Source of the DNA: an uncultured Planctomycetota bacterium
GTDB lineage: Bacteria > Planctomycetota > Planctomycetia > Isosphaerales > Isosphaeraceae
Reading direction: 5' to 3'
Length of the DNA stretch: 64,000 bases
Assembly (NCBI GenBank): GCA_963737655.1
Contig: CAVTTN010000002.1
Span: forward strand, 5,056,001-5,120,000
The notes under the pieces are model-generated. The model worked only from the letters and a program-made list of their open reading frames with translations, was not told the origin of the DNA and made no database searches. How positions within the stretch are numbered: the first letter of the stretch is position 1; each line of letters starts with the position of its first letter. Positions 29,618-39,557 of the stretch are shown here, in pieces. Position numbers and translations under genes: made by a program.

Positions 29618-31327
29618 TCACCGGACCGGATCGTCCCGGCCGATCAGGCCGGCGGTGGCCCGGACCGATCGGAACTCGGGGCCGATCGAGCCGGCGAGGA
29701 AGCCGATGCGGAAGAGCCCGAGGAGCTCGGTAGCGCGGTCGAGGTCGGCGGCGGCCTGGCCCCCGTCGCTCCCTCGGCGACGGGCCAGGGCCCGGGCCAG
29801 GAAGGCCTGGCGAGAGGCCGCCTCGCGGCCGATCCGCTCCAGGTCGGCCAGGACGAACGTCCCGGAGTCGGGGAAGAAGCGGCGCTTCACCTCGGCGACC
29901 TGCGCGTTCGAGCGGTCGGCCGGGGCGGCGAGCAGACCGGCCACGGCGTCCGGGTCGTCCCCGAACGCGAGCAAGCCGGGCCGGGCCCCGACCGACCACG
30001 TCCGATCCGGCCCTCGGAGCGTCCAGACCGTCCGGCCCGATCGCTCGGTCGCGACGATCCGGCTCCCCGGGCGGGCCGGGTCCAGCGCCGAGAGGGCGAG
30101 CATGGTCCGGGCCGCGTTCTCGACGGCCGGCGCCAGGCCGTCGGCCAGCTCGACGGCGAACACCACCGGGAACCTCGCGTCGTCCGGGCCCGTCGGCGGG
30201 ACGACGTAGGCCAAAACCCCCGGGCCGATCTTCGGCAGGACGTCCGCCCGGGCGTCCCGGCCCATCAAGAGGCCCGAGGCCGCCAGGAGGGCCGCGTCGA
30301 GCTTCGGTTTGGCGGCCGGGGGGACGAGCTTCAACGCCGCCTCGACGATCGCCGAGACGTTCAGCGAGGTCGAGGCGACGGCCAGGGCGGTCTTGGGGGC
30401 GAGGCTCGCCAGCGACGAGCCCCGGGTGGCCCACGACGACGCCGACGGCGGGAGCTTCGCCGGGTCGATCGCCGCGAACAGGCCCACGACCGGCCCTTCC
30501 CTCCAGAGGAGCGAGAGCCCCGCCGATTCCACCGCCGAGAGGGCCGACCGGACCGCGTCCGGGGCCGGGTCGCCGGGCGTCGCCGAGGCCGCGATCATCC
30601 GTTCGAGGAACCGCGGGTCGATGTACAGGCGCGCGATCGAACCGGCGGGCAGGGCGTCGCGGACGGCCCGGTATCCGGGCGAGGAACCCAGCCCCGGGAC
30701 GGCCGGATCGGCCTTCGCGACCCGGGCGATCAGCTCCTCGGAGTTCGACCAGGCGAACGTCGATCCCTCGACGATCGTGAACCACTCGTCGGGCTTGGTC
30801 CCGGGCCGGAACCGCCGGAGGAAGTACGGAGAGGAGCCGGAGGGCCGCTTCTCGACGACCTCGGCGAGCGTCCCGGAGGCGGTCTCGGCGGCGTTCACCG
30901 AGGCGATCAGCCGATCGAGGAGCCGGCGATCGCGGACCTTCGTGAGCAACAGGCCGCGGGCGGAGTCGGGGCCGCCTCCGGGCGGAGGCGGCTGCAAGCT
31001 CAGGACCAGGGCATCCCCGATCAGCTCATCGCGGGCCGTCGCCAGGTCGGCGCCGAGGACCGATTCGAGGTCGGCCCGCGTCCGCCGCCACGCCAGGCCC
31101 CGGGGCGAGGCCCTCCAGGCGCGGACCGCCTTGAGCTGGAGGAACCCGGCGGCCAGCGGGGACTTGAGGATTTCCCGAGAATGATCGCGGAGGTCTTCCA
31201 CGACCAGGGTCAGGGCCGATCCCGGCGGCACCTTCGCCACCAGGGCATCGGCGGCCGACCCGGCCAGGCAGGCCGAGGCCACGCCGAGCGTCACGAGGGC
31301 GGCGAGGGTCGGCAAGGGCCGCGTCAT
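29618..31327 (-). CDS. Exported hypothetical protein (DUF3352-like)
   Basis: 569-aa ORF with signal peptide, downstream of the anti-sigma gene. Confidence 0.65.
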   Translation of the reverse strand: MTRPLPTLAALVTLGVASACLAGSAADALVAKVPPGSALTLVVEDLRDHSREILKSPLAAGFLQLKAVRAWRASPRGLAWRRTRADLESVLGADLATARDELIGDALVLSLQPPPPGGGPDSARGLLLTKVRDRRLLDRLIASVNAAETASGTLAEVVEKRPSGSSPYFLRRFRPGTKPDEWFTIVEGSTFAWSNSEELIARVAKADPAVPGLGSSPGYRAVRDALPAGSIARLYIDPRFLERMIAASATPGDPAPDAVRSALSAVESAGLSLLWREGPVVGLFAAIDPAKLPPSASSWATRGSSLASLAPKTALAVASTSLNVSAIVEAALKLVPPAAKPKLDAALLAASGLLMGRDARADVLPKIGPGVLAYVVPPTGPDDARFPVVFAVELADGLAPAVENAARTMLALSALDPARPGSRIVATERSGRTVWTLRGPDRTWSVGARPGLLAFGDDPDAVAGLLAAPADRSNAQVAEVKRRFFPDSGTFVLADLERIGREAASRQAFLARALARRRGSDGGQAAADLDRATELLGLFRIGFLAGSIGPEFRSVRATAGLIGRDDPVR

Positions 31328-31338
31328 GGTCGAACCGC

Positions 31339-31374
31339 TCCGTTCCGTTCCATTCCATTCCGTTTCGTTCCGTT
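31339..31374. repeat. Pentamer tandem repeat (TCCGT/TCCAT)
   Basis: About seven units filling the spacer between 31327 and 31385. Confidence 0.8.
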
Positions 31375-31384
31375 GCGATCGGTC

Positions 31385-32044
31385 TCAGGCCCCGTCGCGG
31401 CCGGTCGTCGCGGGCCTGGCCGGGGGTTTGGGGAGGCTGAGGAACCCGAAGGCGCTCCGGGCCGATCCGGTCAGGGGGCCGACCCCCGCCTCGACCTTCC
31501 GTCCGATCGTCTCCACCATGCCGGTCGGCTCGATGGCCCCGGACGGGTCGAGACGGCCGATCGCGGGGGAGGGCAAGGCCGAGGGCGAGGCCGAGCCGAG
31601 CAGGTCGTGGCCGATCCGGGCCGCCGGCGCCGAGGCTTCTCGGGCGAGGTCCAGGGTGGCCGTCGTGGCGTCCGAAAACGCCAGGGCGAGCGATCGGGGC
31701 GGGGGGGCCGCGAGGATCGGGGCCGGAGCGGGCCGGGGACGGACGAACACCAGGGCGATGGAGGCCGCCGCGGCCAGCCCCACGATCGACGCGGCCCAGG
31801 GCCGGGGGAAGCGGATCGTCCGGGGCTCGGGGGCGGCCAGGGCGAGGACCACCCGGTCGGCGAACCCCGGAGGCGGGGCGAGCGTCGCCAGCTTCGGCAG
31901 CCCCTGGGCGATCGCGGCGAACCCCTGGCCCCGGGCCCGGCAGGCCTCGCAACCGGCCGAATGGCGTTCGAGGTCCGCCAGGGACGGGGCCTCCGACCCG
32001 TCGAGTCGGGCATTCCAGAGGTCCAGGAATTCTCGGCAGGTCAT
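31385..32044 (-). CDS. Putative anti-sigma factor (zf-HC2 plus TM)
   Basis: MTC...LD...H...C..C motif followed by a TM segment; follows the ECF sigma gene. Confidence 0.82.
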   Translation of the reverse strand: MTCREFLDLWNARLDGSEAPSLADLERHSAGCEACRARGQGFAAIAQGLPKLATLAPPPGFADRVVLALAAPEPRTIRFPRPWAASIVGLAAAASIALVFVRPRPAPAPILAAPPPRSLALAFSDATTATLDLAREASAPAARIGHDLLGSASPSALPSPAIGRLDPSGAIEPTGMVETIGRKVEAGVGPLTGSARSAFGFLSLPKPPARPATTGRDGA

Positions 32045-32084
32045 GGGCGGGAGCTCTCGAGCGAAGGGGAACGCGTCGCGAAGG

Positions 32085-32636
32085 CTAACATCGGACCCCC
32101 CGGCGGCTGAGGTCCTCGGCGAGCTCGGCCCGGGCGCGGTGGAGCCAGGTCTTGATCGTGCCGACGGGCCGGCCCAGGGCCAGGCCGATCTCCTCGTAAG
32201 GCAAGCCCTGTTCGTGATAGAGCGTGAAGACGGCCTGATATTCGGGTCGGAGCCGGGCCAGGGCCCGGGCGATCTCGCCGGCGAGGTCGTCGGGGTCGGC
32301 CAGGCCGGGGCGGAGGTCCACCGGGTCGTCCACCGGATCGGCCAGGACCGGGCGTTTCGACCGCTTGGCCAGGGCCGTCCGGCAGCGGTTGGCGGCGATC
32401 CCGAGGAGCCAGGGGCGCAACGGCCGATCCCGGTCGAACCCCGAGACGCCCCGCATCGCCCGGACGAACGTCTCCTGGGCGACGTCCTCGGCGTCCTGGC
32501 GATGGCCGGTCATCCTCAGGCAGAGCCCGAACACCACGCCTTCGAATCGTTCGACGAGCCATCGAGGCGCCCTCGGGTCCCCCGAGCGGAGCGCATCGAC
32601 CAAGGCGCGATCGTCAATCGTCGGATGTTCGCCCAC
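32085..32636 (-). CDS. ECF RNA polymerase sigma factor
   Basis: [18 protein letters not shown] and [25 protein letters not shown] start assumed. Confidence 0.9.
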   Translation of the reverse strand: MGEHPTIDDRALVDALRSGDPRAPRWLVERFEGVVFGLCLRMTGHRQDAEDVAQETFVRAMRGVSGFDRDRPLRPWLLGIAANRCRTALAKRSKRPVLADPVDDPVDLRPGLADPDDLAGEIARALARLRPEYQAVFTLYHEQGLPYEEIGLALGRPVGTIKTWLHRARAELAEDLSRRGVRC

Positions 32637-32730
32637 GCGCCGGTCGAGCTCCCCGGTCGGACATCCACGGATACCCCGGGGACGCCCCGTCCGTTTCAAG
32701 TTCGCCGGACGGTCGCGGGAATTGGAAAAA

Positions 32731-32971
32731 GCAGTGGGCAGAAAGCAGTGGGCAGTGGGCAGAAAGCAGTGGGCAGAAAGCAGTGGGCAGTGGGCAGTGG
32801 GCAGTGGGCAGTGGGCAGTGGGCAGTGGGCAGAAAGCAGTGGGCAGAATGAAGAAGAGGCTTCCGCCTTGTCTCTCCCTCTTCGCACTGCCCACTGCCCA
32901 CTGCCCACTGCCCACTGCCCACTGCCCACTGCCCACTGCTTTCTGCCCACTGCTTTCTGCCCACTGCCCAC
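32731..32971. repeat. Inverted pair of heptamer arrays (GCAGTGG/GCAGAAA)
   Basis: 17 units at 32731-32849, a 34-bp spacer, then 12 reverse-complement units from 32884. Confidence 0.95.
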
Positions 32972-32974
32972 GAT

Positions 32975-33352
32975 TCAGTCCGCGATCCCCGCGGCGATGG
33001 CGTTGAGTTCTTCGGGGGAGGTGTCGCCGAAGAGCTTGCCCTGGATGCGGAGTTCGTCCTCGATGCGGAGGGCGATCTCGTGGAGTTCGGGGGAGTCGAT
33101 CCTCCAGGCGATGTCGGCCAGCTCGGCGGGCTCGATTTCGCCGAGTCGCCGGCCGAGCCGTTCGAGCTCGGATTCGAGTCGGAGCATGGTCTCGAGCATC
33201 TGGGCGTGGGTGTCGGACGACCCGCCGACCATCAGGCACTCCTCGCCGGTGATGATGCGGTAGGGGCCATCCTCGCCCTCGGGGCCGTCGAGGCCCAGGC
33301 CGATGATGGTGGCCATCAGGCGTCTCGGCGTGCCCTGGGATTGCGTCGTCAT
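32975..33352 (-). CDS. Hypothetical acidic protein
   Basis: 125-aa ORF with coding-like bias; GLGLD....RI..GE....GGS..TH..M motif. Confidence 0.75.
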   Translation of the reverse strand: MTTQSQGTPRRLMATIIGLGLDGPEGEDGPYRIITGEECLMVGGSSDTHAQMLETMLRLESELERLGRRLGEIEPAELADIAWRIDSPELHEIALRIEDELRIQGKLFGDTSPEELNAIAAGIAD

Positions 33353-33543
33353 CGGGAGGGGGGCCTTTCGAGGAGAGGGAGCCGGGGTCGGACCGTCGCG
33401 GTCCGACGGGTGCCGCGGCGGGCGTCCCCGGGCCGAACCCGGGGCCGACCGGCCACGCCCTTCTTATCGGCACCCCGCGCGGTCCAAGCCAGGGCCCGAG
33501 GCGGCGAATCGCCGGCCCTCGGGCGCCCCTCCCGGCGCGGCTC

Positions 33544-33765
33544 TCACGACCCGCCCAGGCATTCCTTGGCGGTATTTCGCGCCACCCGATACGCGGCGCG
33601 GACGGTGATGGCCCGGGCCTCGATCTGCTCCTCGCCGAAGAGCCTCCCCTCGCTCGGCGGCAGGCCCGCCAGGGCGATCGTCAGCGGCAGGAGGTCGAGG
33701 AATTGCCGGTACTTCTGCTGGAGGTCGCCTGTCGAAGCTCCGTCGGCCACGGCTCTGCTCCCCAT
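33544..33765 (-). CDS. Small hypothetical protein
   Basis: 73-aa helical ORF ([19 protein letters not shown]). Confidence 0.7.
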   Translation of the reverse strand: MGSRAVADGASTGDLQQKYRQFLDLLPLTIALAGLPPSEGRLFGEEQIEARAITVRAAYRVARNTAKECLGGS

Positions 33766-33845
33766 CGAGGCTCGGTTGAGAGAGAAGGCGGGGGCCGGCT
33801 GGGCCGCCCGTCGCGAACATTCCGACCGTCTTTATCGTACTGACT

Positions 33846-33874
33846 TTGACGCGAGAGTGTTAAGCTGATATCGT
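33846..33874 (+). promoter_or_regulatory. Putative sigma70 promoter of the helicase gene
   Basis: TTGACG-N17-TATCGT in an AT-rich divergent spacer. Confidence 0.5.
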
Positions 33875-33940
33875 GAAAAGACTCCCGGGGCCGACCCGCC
33901 CCGGCCCCACCCCGCGGCCCTTCCCCTTCTCCCATCTCGT

Positions 33941-35176
33941 TTGGAGGTTTGTTTGATCCAACGCTCCGAAGACGACCCCCCTCCGGGGTTCGCCTCCCTG
34001 GGCCTGAGCGGCCCGACCCTCAAGGCCCTCAAGAAGGTGGGCTACGTCGCCCCCTCGCCGATCCAGGCCGCCCTGATCCCCGAGGCCCTCGACGGCCACG
34101 ACGTCATCGGCCAGGCCAAGACCGGCACCGGCAAGACGGCCGCCTTCGCCCTCCCCCTGATCGAGATGCTGGAGGCTCGCGGCAAGGGCCCCCAGGGCAT
34201 CATCCTCGCGCCCACCCGCGAGCTCGTCCAGCAGATCGTCGTCGAGACCGAGAAGCTCGCCTACGGCCAGGATGTCTCGGTCTGCGGCATCTACGGCGGC
34301 GAGCCGATCGAGCGCCAGTTGCGCAAGCTCGCCCGAGGCGTCGACCTCGTCGTCGGCACCCCCGGACGGGTGATCGACCACATCGAGCGCGGCACCCTCT
34401 ACCTCGGCGACATCTTCCACGTCGTCCTGGACGAGGCCGACCGCATGCTCGACATCGGCTTCCGGCCCGACATCGAGCGCATCCTGCGGAGGGTCCCCGA
34501 CCCCCACCAGACCTTGCTGCTCTCGGCCACCATCTCCGACGACGTCCGCAAGCTCGCCCGCCGGTACATGTACCGGGCCGTCGAGATGAACCTCTCCACC
34601 GACGAGCCGTCGGTCGAGACCATCCAGCAGTTCTACGTGACGGTCGATCACGACCGCAAGTTCGACCTGCTCCTCCACCTCCTGGAGCGCGAGCAGCCCC
34701 GCCAGTGCATCGTCTTCACTCGCACCAAGCGAGGGGCGGACAAGCTGGCCGACAAGCTCCGAGGCCGCGTCAAGGGCGTCTCCACCATCCACGGCGACCT
34801 GCCCCAGACCACCCGCAACCGCGTGATGCAGGGCTTCCGCGACGGCTCCATCCCCGTCCTGATCGCCACCGACGTCGTCGGCCGAGGCATCGACGTCAAC
34901 GACATCAGCCACGTGATCAACTACGACATCCCCGACGACCCGGAGAATTATCTCCACCGGATCGGCCGGACCGGCCGGATGGGCAAGGACGGCCTGGCCT
35001 ACATGTTCGTCGGACCCGACCAGGGCGAGCCCCTGACGGCCATCGAGAACCTCATCAACAAGACGATCCCCGTCCACAAGCCCGAGGGCTTCGAGGCCTA
35101 TCGCCGCGAGGAACGCCGCGAGAACGCCGTGAAGGTGCTCTGGAGCACCACCGACCGATTCGCCACCGCCCGCTGA
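33941..35176 (+). CDS. DEAD-box RNA helicase
   Basis: Q motif, AKTGTGKT, PTREL, DEAD, SAT, GRGID and HRIGRTGR; start uncertain (TTG). Confidence 0.96.
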   Translation: MEVCLIQRSEDDPPPGFASLGLSGPTLKALKKVGYVAPSPIQAALIPEALDGHDVIGQAKTGTGKTAAFALPLIEMLEARGKGPQGIILAPTRELVQQIVVETEKLAYGQDVSVCGIYGGEPIERQLRKLARGVDLVVGTPGRVIDHIERGTLYLGDIFHVVLDEADRMLDIGFRPDIERILRRVPDPHQTLLLSATISDDVRKLARRYMYRAVEMNLSTDEPSVETIQQFYVTVDHDRKFDLLLHLLEREQPRQCIVFTRTKRGADKLADKLRGRVKGVSTIHGDLPQTTRNRVMQGFRDGSIPVLIATDVVGRGIDVNDISHVINYDIPDDPENYLHRIGRTGRMGKDGLAYMFVGPDQGEPLTAIENLINKTIPVHKPEGFEAYRREERRENAVKVLWSTTDRFATAR

Positions 35177-35257
35177 CTCACGAACGAGACGCGGCTTGCG
35201 ACGCGACGGCTTCGACAGATCGGATGAGCGGAGAGAGGCATGCGGATCGGGCGCCAA

Positions 35258-36571
35258 TCAAGCGCCGCCGGATGCCTCTCCGGGTTTCCGCCGGCCAAGA
35301 GAATCGGCGAGGTCGCCGAAGACCTCCAGGGCGACGGCTCGAAGCCCCTCGATCTCGGCCCTCTCGCGACCATAGAGCACCCGATCGCACCCGGCGACCA
35401 GACCGCCCGCCGATCCGGCGAGCCTCGCGTCTCCGAGAAGATGGAGGATCGTCTCCGCGGCCTCCGAGGCCGTGAGGACGCCCGGCCCTCGGCCCCCTCC
35501 GGCGTGGAGCGCCTCGGCCAGCCGATCGACGATCCGCCGGGCCATCGCCTCGGGGTCGGGCTCGTCGCGGATCTCATCCCTCGCGATTCTCAGGAGGCCG
35601 GCGGGGTCCGGGACGGCGCGACGCCTCCGCCCCCGGCGCATCCCTTCGACGATCGCGGCCCCGAGGCCCAGGATCGCCGCGCCCAGGCCGACGGCCACGC
35701 CCCATCCCGGCCCGGTCGATCGAACAAGCGGACCGATCAGGTCGCCCGCCTCGACCGAGGGCACGTCCACGACCTCGATCGGCACGGCGTTCGATGCGGT
35801 CGTCTGGTATCGGCCGGACGACGGGTCGAACCAGTCGATCCGGACCGGGGGGATCGCGGCCTTTCCCGGCTTCGACGGCCGGACGCCGAACCGGAACGTC
35901 CGGGACGGCGGATCCACGGCCGAGGAATCGGCCCGGACCAGGATTCGGGCCCCGATCGGCAGGCGGGCGAGGTCCGCAAGGTCGGGCGGCCGGGCCGACC
36001 CGAGGGCGCCCGGCCCTCGGAGTTCGATCGTGTATTCCACCTCCTCGCCGACCCGCAACCGCCTCCGATCGACGGTCGCGACCGCCTCGACCCGGCCGAT
36101 CCCTCCCAGGAACCGCCCGGTCCGTCCCGAAGCCGGCGGCAAGCGGGCCTCGATCCGCCGGGGCGCGGTCGAGCCGTCGAGAGACCCGCTTCGGACCCGG
36201 ATCGACGGGACCGTCAACGTCCCCGCCCGCTTCGGGACCGCCGAGACCGGCACGCGGACCTCGAACACCTCGCTCGCCCTCCCGCCGATCGCCGAGGAAT
36301 CGACGGTCACCAACGTCACCGAGCCGCTTCGCCGGATCTCCACGGGGTCCTCCGGCCAATCGACCCGAGGAAGCTCCGGGCCGCCGACATAAACGATCCG
36401 GCCCTCGACGATCTGCCCCACGAACACCGGGCCCGGAGGGAGCACCAATCGAGGGCGGAACGGCCGATCCTGGGCGGTGGCGATCGCGGGGAGAAGGACC
36501 AGGATCCCGACCCATCCCCACGAGGCGATCCTCGGACGAGGCCTCACCGGCTCACCAGTCCTTCCGGCCAT
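35258..36571 (-). CDS. BatD-like protein
   Basis: Signal, Ig-like segments (F.GGIG, RVGEEVEY.I..G, WFDP..G.Y) and C-terminal TM; follows two VWA genes. Confidence 0.7.
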   Translation of the reverse strand: MAGRTGEPVRPRPRIASWGWVGILVLLPAIATAQDRPFRPRLVLPPGPVFVGQIVEGRIVYVGGPELPRVDWPEDPVEIRRSGSVTLVTVDSSAIGGRASEVFEVRVPVSAVPKRAGTLTVPSIRVRSGSLDGSTAPRRIEARLPPASGRTGRFLGGIGRVEAVATVDRRRLRVGEEVEYTIELRGPGALGSARPPDLADLARLPIGARILVRADSSAVDPPSRTFRFGVRPSKPGKAAIPPVRIDWFDPSSGRYQTTASNAVPIEVVDVPSVEAGDLIGPLVRSTGPGWGVAVGLGAAILGLGAAIVEGMRRGRRRRAVPDPAGLLRIARDEIRDEPDPEAMARRIVDRLAEALHAGGGRGPGVLTASEAAETILHLLGDARLAGSAGGLVAGCDRVLYGRERAEIEGLRAVALEVFGDLADSLGRRKPGEASGGA

Positions 36572-38273
36572 TGTCGGCCGACGCGGGCGGCGGGGGGACG
36601 TCGAGCCGGCCCTGACGGGCCTTCTTCACGTCGTCGAGCATCCGGTCGAGGTCGCTCTCGGGCGATTCGGCCTTCTGGGGCGGGGGTTCGGACTTCGGAT
36701 CGGCCTTCGTCGCGGACGGCGGCGGGTTCGTCCCGGGGTTGGGCGGGGGATTCGCCGGGTCGCCGGGGCCTGGGGACGTGTCGTCCTTCGGCCCGGGCGA
36801 TTTGGGCGTCTTCCCGCGATCCCCCCGGCCGTCCCGGTCGCCGTCCTCGTCGGGCTGGGGCTGGGGCGGGGGCGGGACCTGCTTCCTGGCGAACTCGCGG
36901 TTGATGGCCGCATCCGCCTTCACCGGGTCGAGCCCCTCGGCCGACGATTTGAGGCAATCGTCATAATGTTTCAACGCCTCGGGATAATGCCCCCGGGCCA
37001 CGGCCACGTTGCCCAGGGCGTAGTCGATCCGGGCCCGGAGCGACGGGTCGGCCGACTCTCGGGCCGTCCGATAAAGGGCTTCCGCCTCGTCGTACTTCCC
37101 CATCTGAAAGAGGGTCGCCCCGAGATTGCAGGCGGGGATCGCCGATTTCGGGGCGAGCTCTCGGGCCCGAGCGAACGCCTTCAAGGCCGCCTCATAATCG
37201 CCGCGACGATAGGCCGAGTCCCCGGTTTTCACCGCCTGGGCCGGCGTCCCGGGGGGCGAGCCCGCGCCGATCCCGACCCCGATCAGCCCCGCCGCCGCCA
37301 GGACGAACCCTCGCCTCCTCTTCGGCCAGACCGACCCGGCGAGGATTCCCGCGCCCACCAGGATGAACGCCTCGGAACGATCGGCGCGCTCGGGAGGCCG
37401 GGTCGCGGCCCGTTCCCTCGTCTCGCTCGGGGCGATCTTCTCGCGATAGAGCGAGCCGAGATCGGCCCTCGCCACCCCCATCGGCACCAGGACGCCCCCG
37501 GTGGCCTTGCGGATCGTTTCGAGGGCATCGTCGGCCCGTTTCGTGAGGACGATTTCCCCGTTTCGGACCAGCTCCGCCGCCCCTGCGCCCGAGGGGATCG
37601 GATGCCCCTGGCGATCGTCCCCCACGGCGACGGCGTGGACGATCACGCGCCTCTCCCGGAGCCGATCCACGAGCTTCGGCCAGCGGTCCTCGTGGTCCTC
37701 GCCGTCGGAAAACACGACGATGGTCCGCCCCCCGGCCGTCTCCTGGTCGTCGAAGACGTCGAGGGCGGCGACGAGGGCGTTGCCCAGGTCGGTCCCTCCG
37801 GGCTGGACCTGGCCGGGACGGAGGTCGCGGAGGGCGTCCCGGGCCGCGCCGAGGTTCTCGGTCAACGGGCACTTGATCACGCCCCGGCCCGCGAACGCGA
37901 CGACGGCCACGCGCTCGCCTTCCCTGCCTTCGAGGGCCGCGATCAGGCCATCGGCGGCCGTCACGGCGGCTCCGAGGCGGTCGGGGACGGCGTCCTCGGC
38001 GGCCATGCTCCGGCTGACGTCCACGAGCAAGACCACGTCATGGCCGGGCGGCAAGCCGCCGCCCTCGGCCTGCCCCCAGCGAGGCCCGGCCAACGCGACG
38101 ACGAGGACCGCCGTGGCCAGAACGACCGGCCAGAAGGGTTCCCGGCGAAGCCGTCCCGACGCGCCGAGGCGGGCCCAGTCGCGGGCCCGTCGCCGGTTCG
38201 ATCGCCGGGCCAGGAAGACCAGGCCGACCGCCGCCGTGAGGAAGATCAGGAGCTCGGGCCGTGCCAGGTCCAC
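36552..38273 (-). CDS. VWA plus TPR protein (BatB/BatC fusion-like)
   Basis: LAGPRWG, DVSRSM.AED..PDRL, SDGED, TPRs and terminal KDW. Confidence 0.88.
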   Translation of the reverse strand: MDLARPELLIFLTAAVGLVFLARRSNRRRARDWARLGASGRLRREPFWPVVLATAVLVVALAGPRWGQAEGGGLPPGHDVVLLVDVSRSMAAEDAVPDRLGAAVTAADGLIAALEGREGERVAVVAFAGRGVIKCPLTENLGAARDALRDLRPGQVQPGGTDLGNALVAALDVFDDQETAGGRTIVVFSDGEDHEDRWPKLVDRLRERRVIVHAVAVGDDRQGHPIPSGAGAAELVRNGEIVLTKRADDALETIRKATGGVLVPMGVARADLGSLYREKIAPSETRERAATRPPERADRSEAFILVGAGILAGSVWPKRRRGFVLAAAGLIGVGIGAGSPPGTPAQAVKTGDSAYRRGDYEAALKAFARARELAPKSAIPACNLGATLFQMGKYDEAEALYRTARESADPSLRARIDYALGNVAVARGHYPEALKHYDDCLKSSAEGLDPVKADAAINREFARKQVPPPPQPQPDEDGDRDGRGDRGKTPKSPGPKDDTSPGPGDPANPPPNPGTNPPPSATKADPKSEPPPQKAESPESDLDRMLDDVKKARQGRLDVPPPPASADNGRKDW

Positions 38274-38298
38274 GGAGGGGATTGCCTCGGAGTTCGCG

Positions 38299-39303
38299 TC
38301 ACGGCAAGCGGCGCAGGGGGCCGGCGGACAGGAGCCGTTCCAGGACGATCAAGCCGATCGCGAGGCCGACCCAGAGCGGATATCCTTCACGATAGCGGGT
38401 CCGCACCGTCCCGGCCACGGCGGATTTCTCCAGCCGGTCAATCTCCTCGAAGACGGATTGGAGCCGGTCGGAATCCTCGGCCGAGAACGCCCGGCCCCCG
38501 CCGATCTCGGCGATCCGGGCGAGCCGTTCGACGTCCGGCCCCGGGTCGGCCGGGGCGCCGTCGTCCCTCGCCGAGGGCCTGCCGACGGCGATCGTGTGGA
38601 GGGTGATCCCGAGCCCTTGCGCGACCCGGGCCGCGTCCTCGGGCTCGATCGGCCGGGCGTCCCGGGTCGCGGCGGGGACGTCGCGGCCGTCGGTCAACAG
38701 GATGAGCACCTTTTTCTTCGACGGCTCCGGCCGCAATTCCCCGAGCCCGAACGCGATGGCGAACCCCAGGCTCGTGGCGTCCTCGTCGATCCGGGCCGGC
38801 CGGATCGCCCGGGCGGCCTCGATCAGGAACGCATGATCGAGCGTGGGCGCGGCCATCCGTTCGGGCACCTTCGCGAACGCGATCAGGCCGATCGGGTCGT
38901 CGGGCCGACCCTCGACGAACGTCGCAAACGTCCTCTTGGCCGATTCGAGCCGGGAGATCGTCCCGGACGCCCCGGCGAAATCCTCGGCCGTCATGCTCGT
39001 GCTTCGGTCGATGGCGACCTCGATCGCCACGCCCTTCGCCGCGATCCGAGTCGATCCGCCGATCGCCCGGGGCCGGGCCGCCGCGACGGCCAGGCTTGCG
39101 AACGCCAGGCTCAGGAGGAGCGAAGGCACGAGCCGAAGCCAGCCGGCGCGGCCCCTCGGGGCCGTGGCGAACGCCGAGATCGTCGGCCAACCGACCCTCG
39201 CCCGCGACCTCGACCGAACCCACGGCAAGACGCACATCGCCAGCAACACCAGCCCCGACGGCTCCGCGAGATGCCAGGTCGTCCCGAAGATCGTCCATTC
39301 CAT
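38299..39303 (-). CDS. VWA domain protein (BatA-like)
   Basis: ARP, DRSTSM.AEDF, D.IGLIAF, PTLDH, LLTDG and IDRLEKS. Confidence 0.88.
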   Translation of the reverse strand: MEWTIFGTTWHLAEPSGLVLLAMCVLPWVRSRSRARVGWPTISAFATAPRGRAGWLRLVPSLLLSLAFASLAVAAARPRAIGGSTRIAAKGVAIEVAIDRSTSMTAEDFAGASGTISRLESAKRTFATFVEGRPDDPIGLIAFAKVPERMAAPTLDHAFLIEAARAIRPARIDEDATSLGFAIAFGLGELRPEPSKKKVLILLTDGRDVPAATRDARPIEPEDAARVAQGLGITLHTIAVGRPSARDDGAPADPGPDVERLARIAEIGGGRAFSAEDSDRLQSVFEEIDRLEKSAVAGTVRTRYREGYPLWVGLAIGLIVLERLLSAGPLRRLP

Positions 39304-39324
39304 CGGGGAAATCTCTCGGAAAGA

Positions 39325-39557
39325 GATCGATCCGCAGAGGACGCCGATTTCGCAGAGGAAGACGACATGGGATTGCTCCGTGGAAAACCCCATGGAGAAT
39401 GAGGAAAACGAGTAGGTCCGACTTCAGTCGGGCCTGCGAAACAAGACCTTTTTGTAGGCCCGACTGAAGTCGGACCTACTCGTTTCCTCTCCATCGCCGA
39501 GTTTTCTACAGAGCAACAGGGGATCGAATTCTACTCGGCGTCCTCTGCGGATCGATC
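39325..39557. repeat. Perfect 23-bp inverted repeat enclosing family A copy 2
   Basis: GATCGATCCGCAGAGGACGCCGA (39325-39347) and its reverse complement (39535-39557); 9-mer periodicity CGCAGAGGA. Confidence 0.85.
39374..39515. mobile_element. MITE-like element, family A copy 2
   Basis: TGCTCCGTGGAAAAC...GTTTTCTACAGAGCA around the GTAGGTCCGACTTCAGTCGG doublet. Confidence 0.75.

Noticed and set aside
32731..32971. CRISPR array
   Set aside because: Contiguous 7-mers with no unique spacers and no cas genes.
32365..33473. ORFs with AVGSGQW/LPTAHCP repeats and a long N-terminal extension of the sigma factor
   Set aside because: Translations of the heptamer array, which lacks stops in several frames; the sigma domain begins near 32636.
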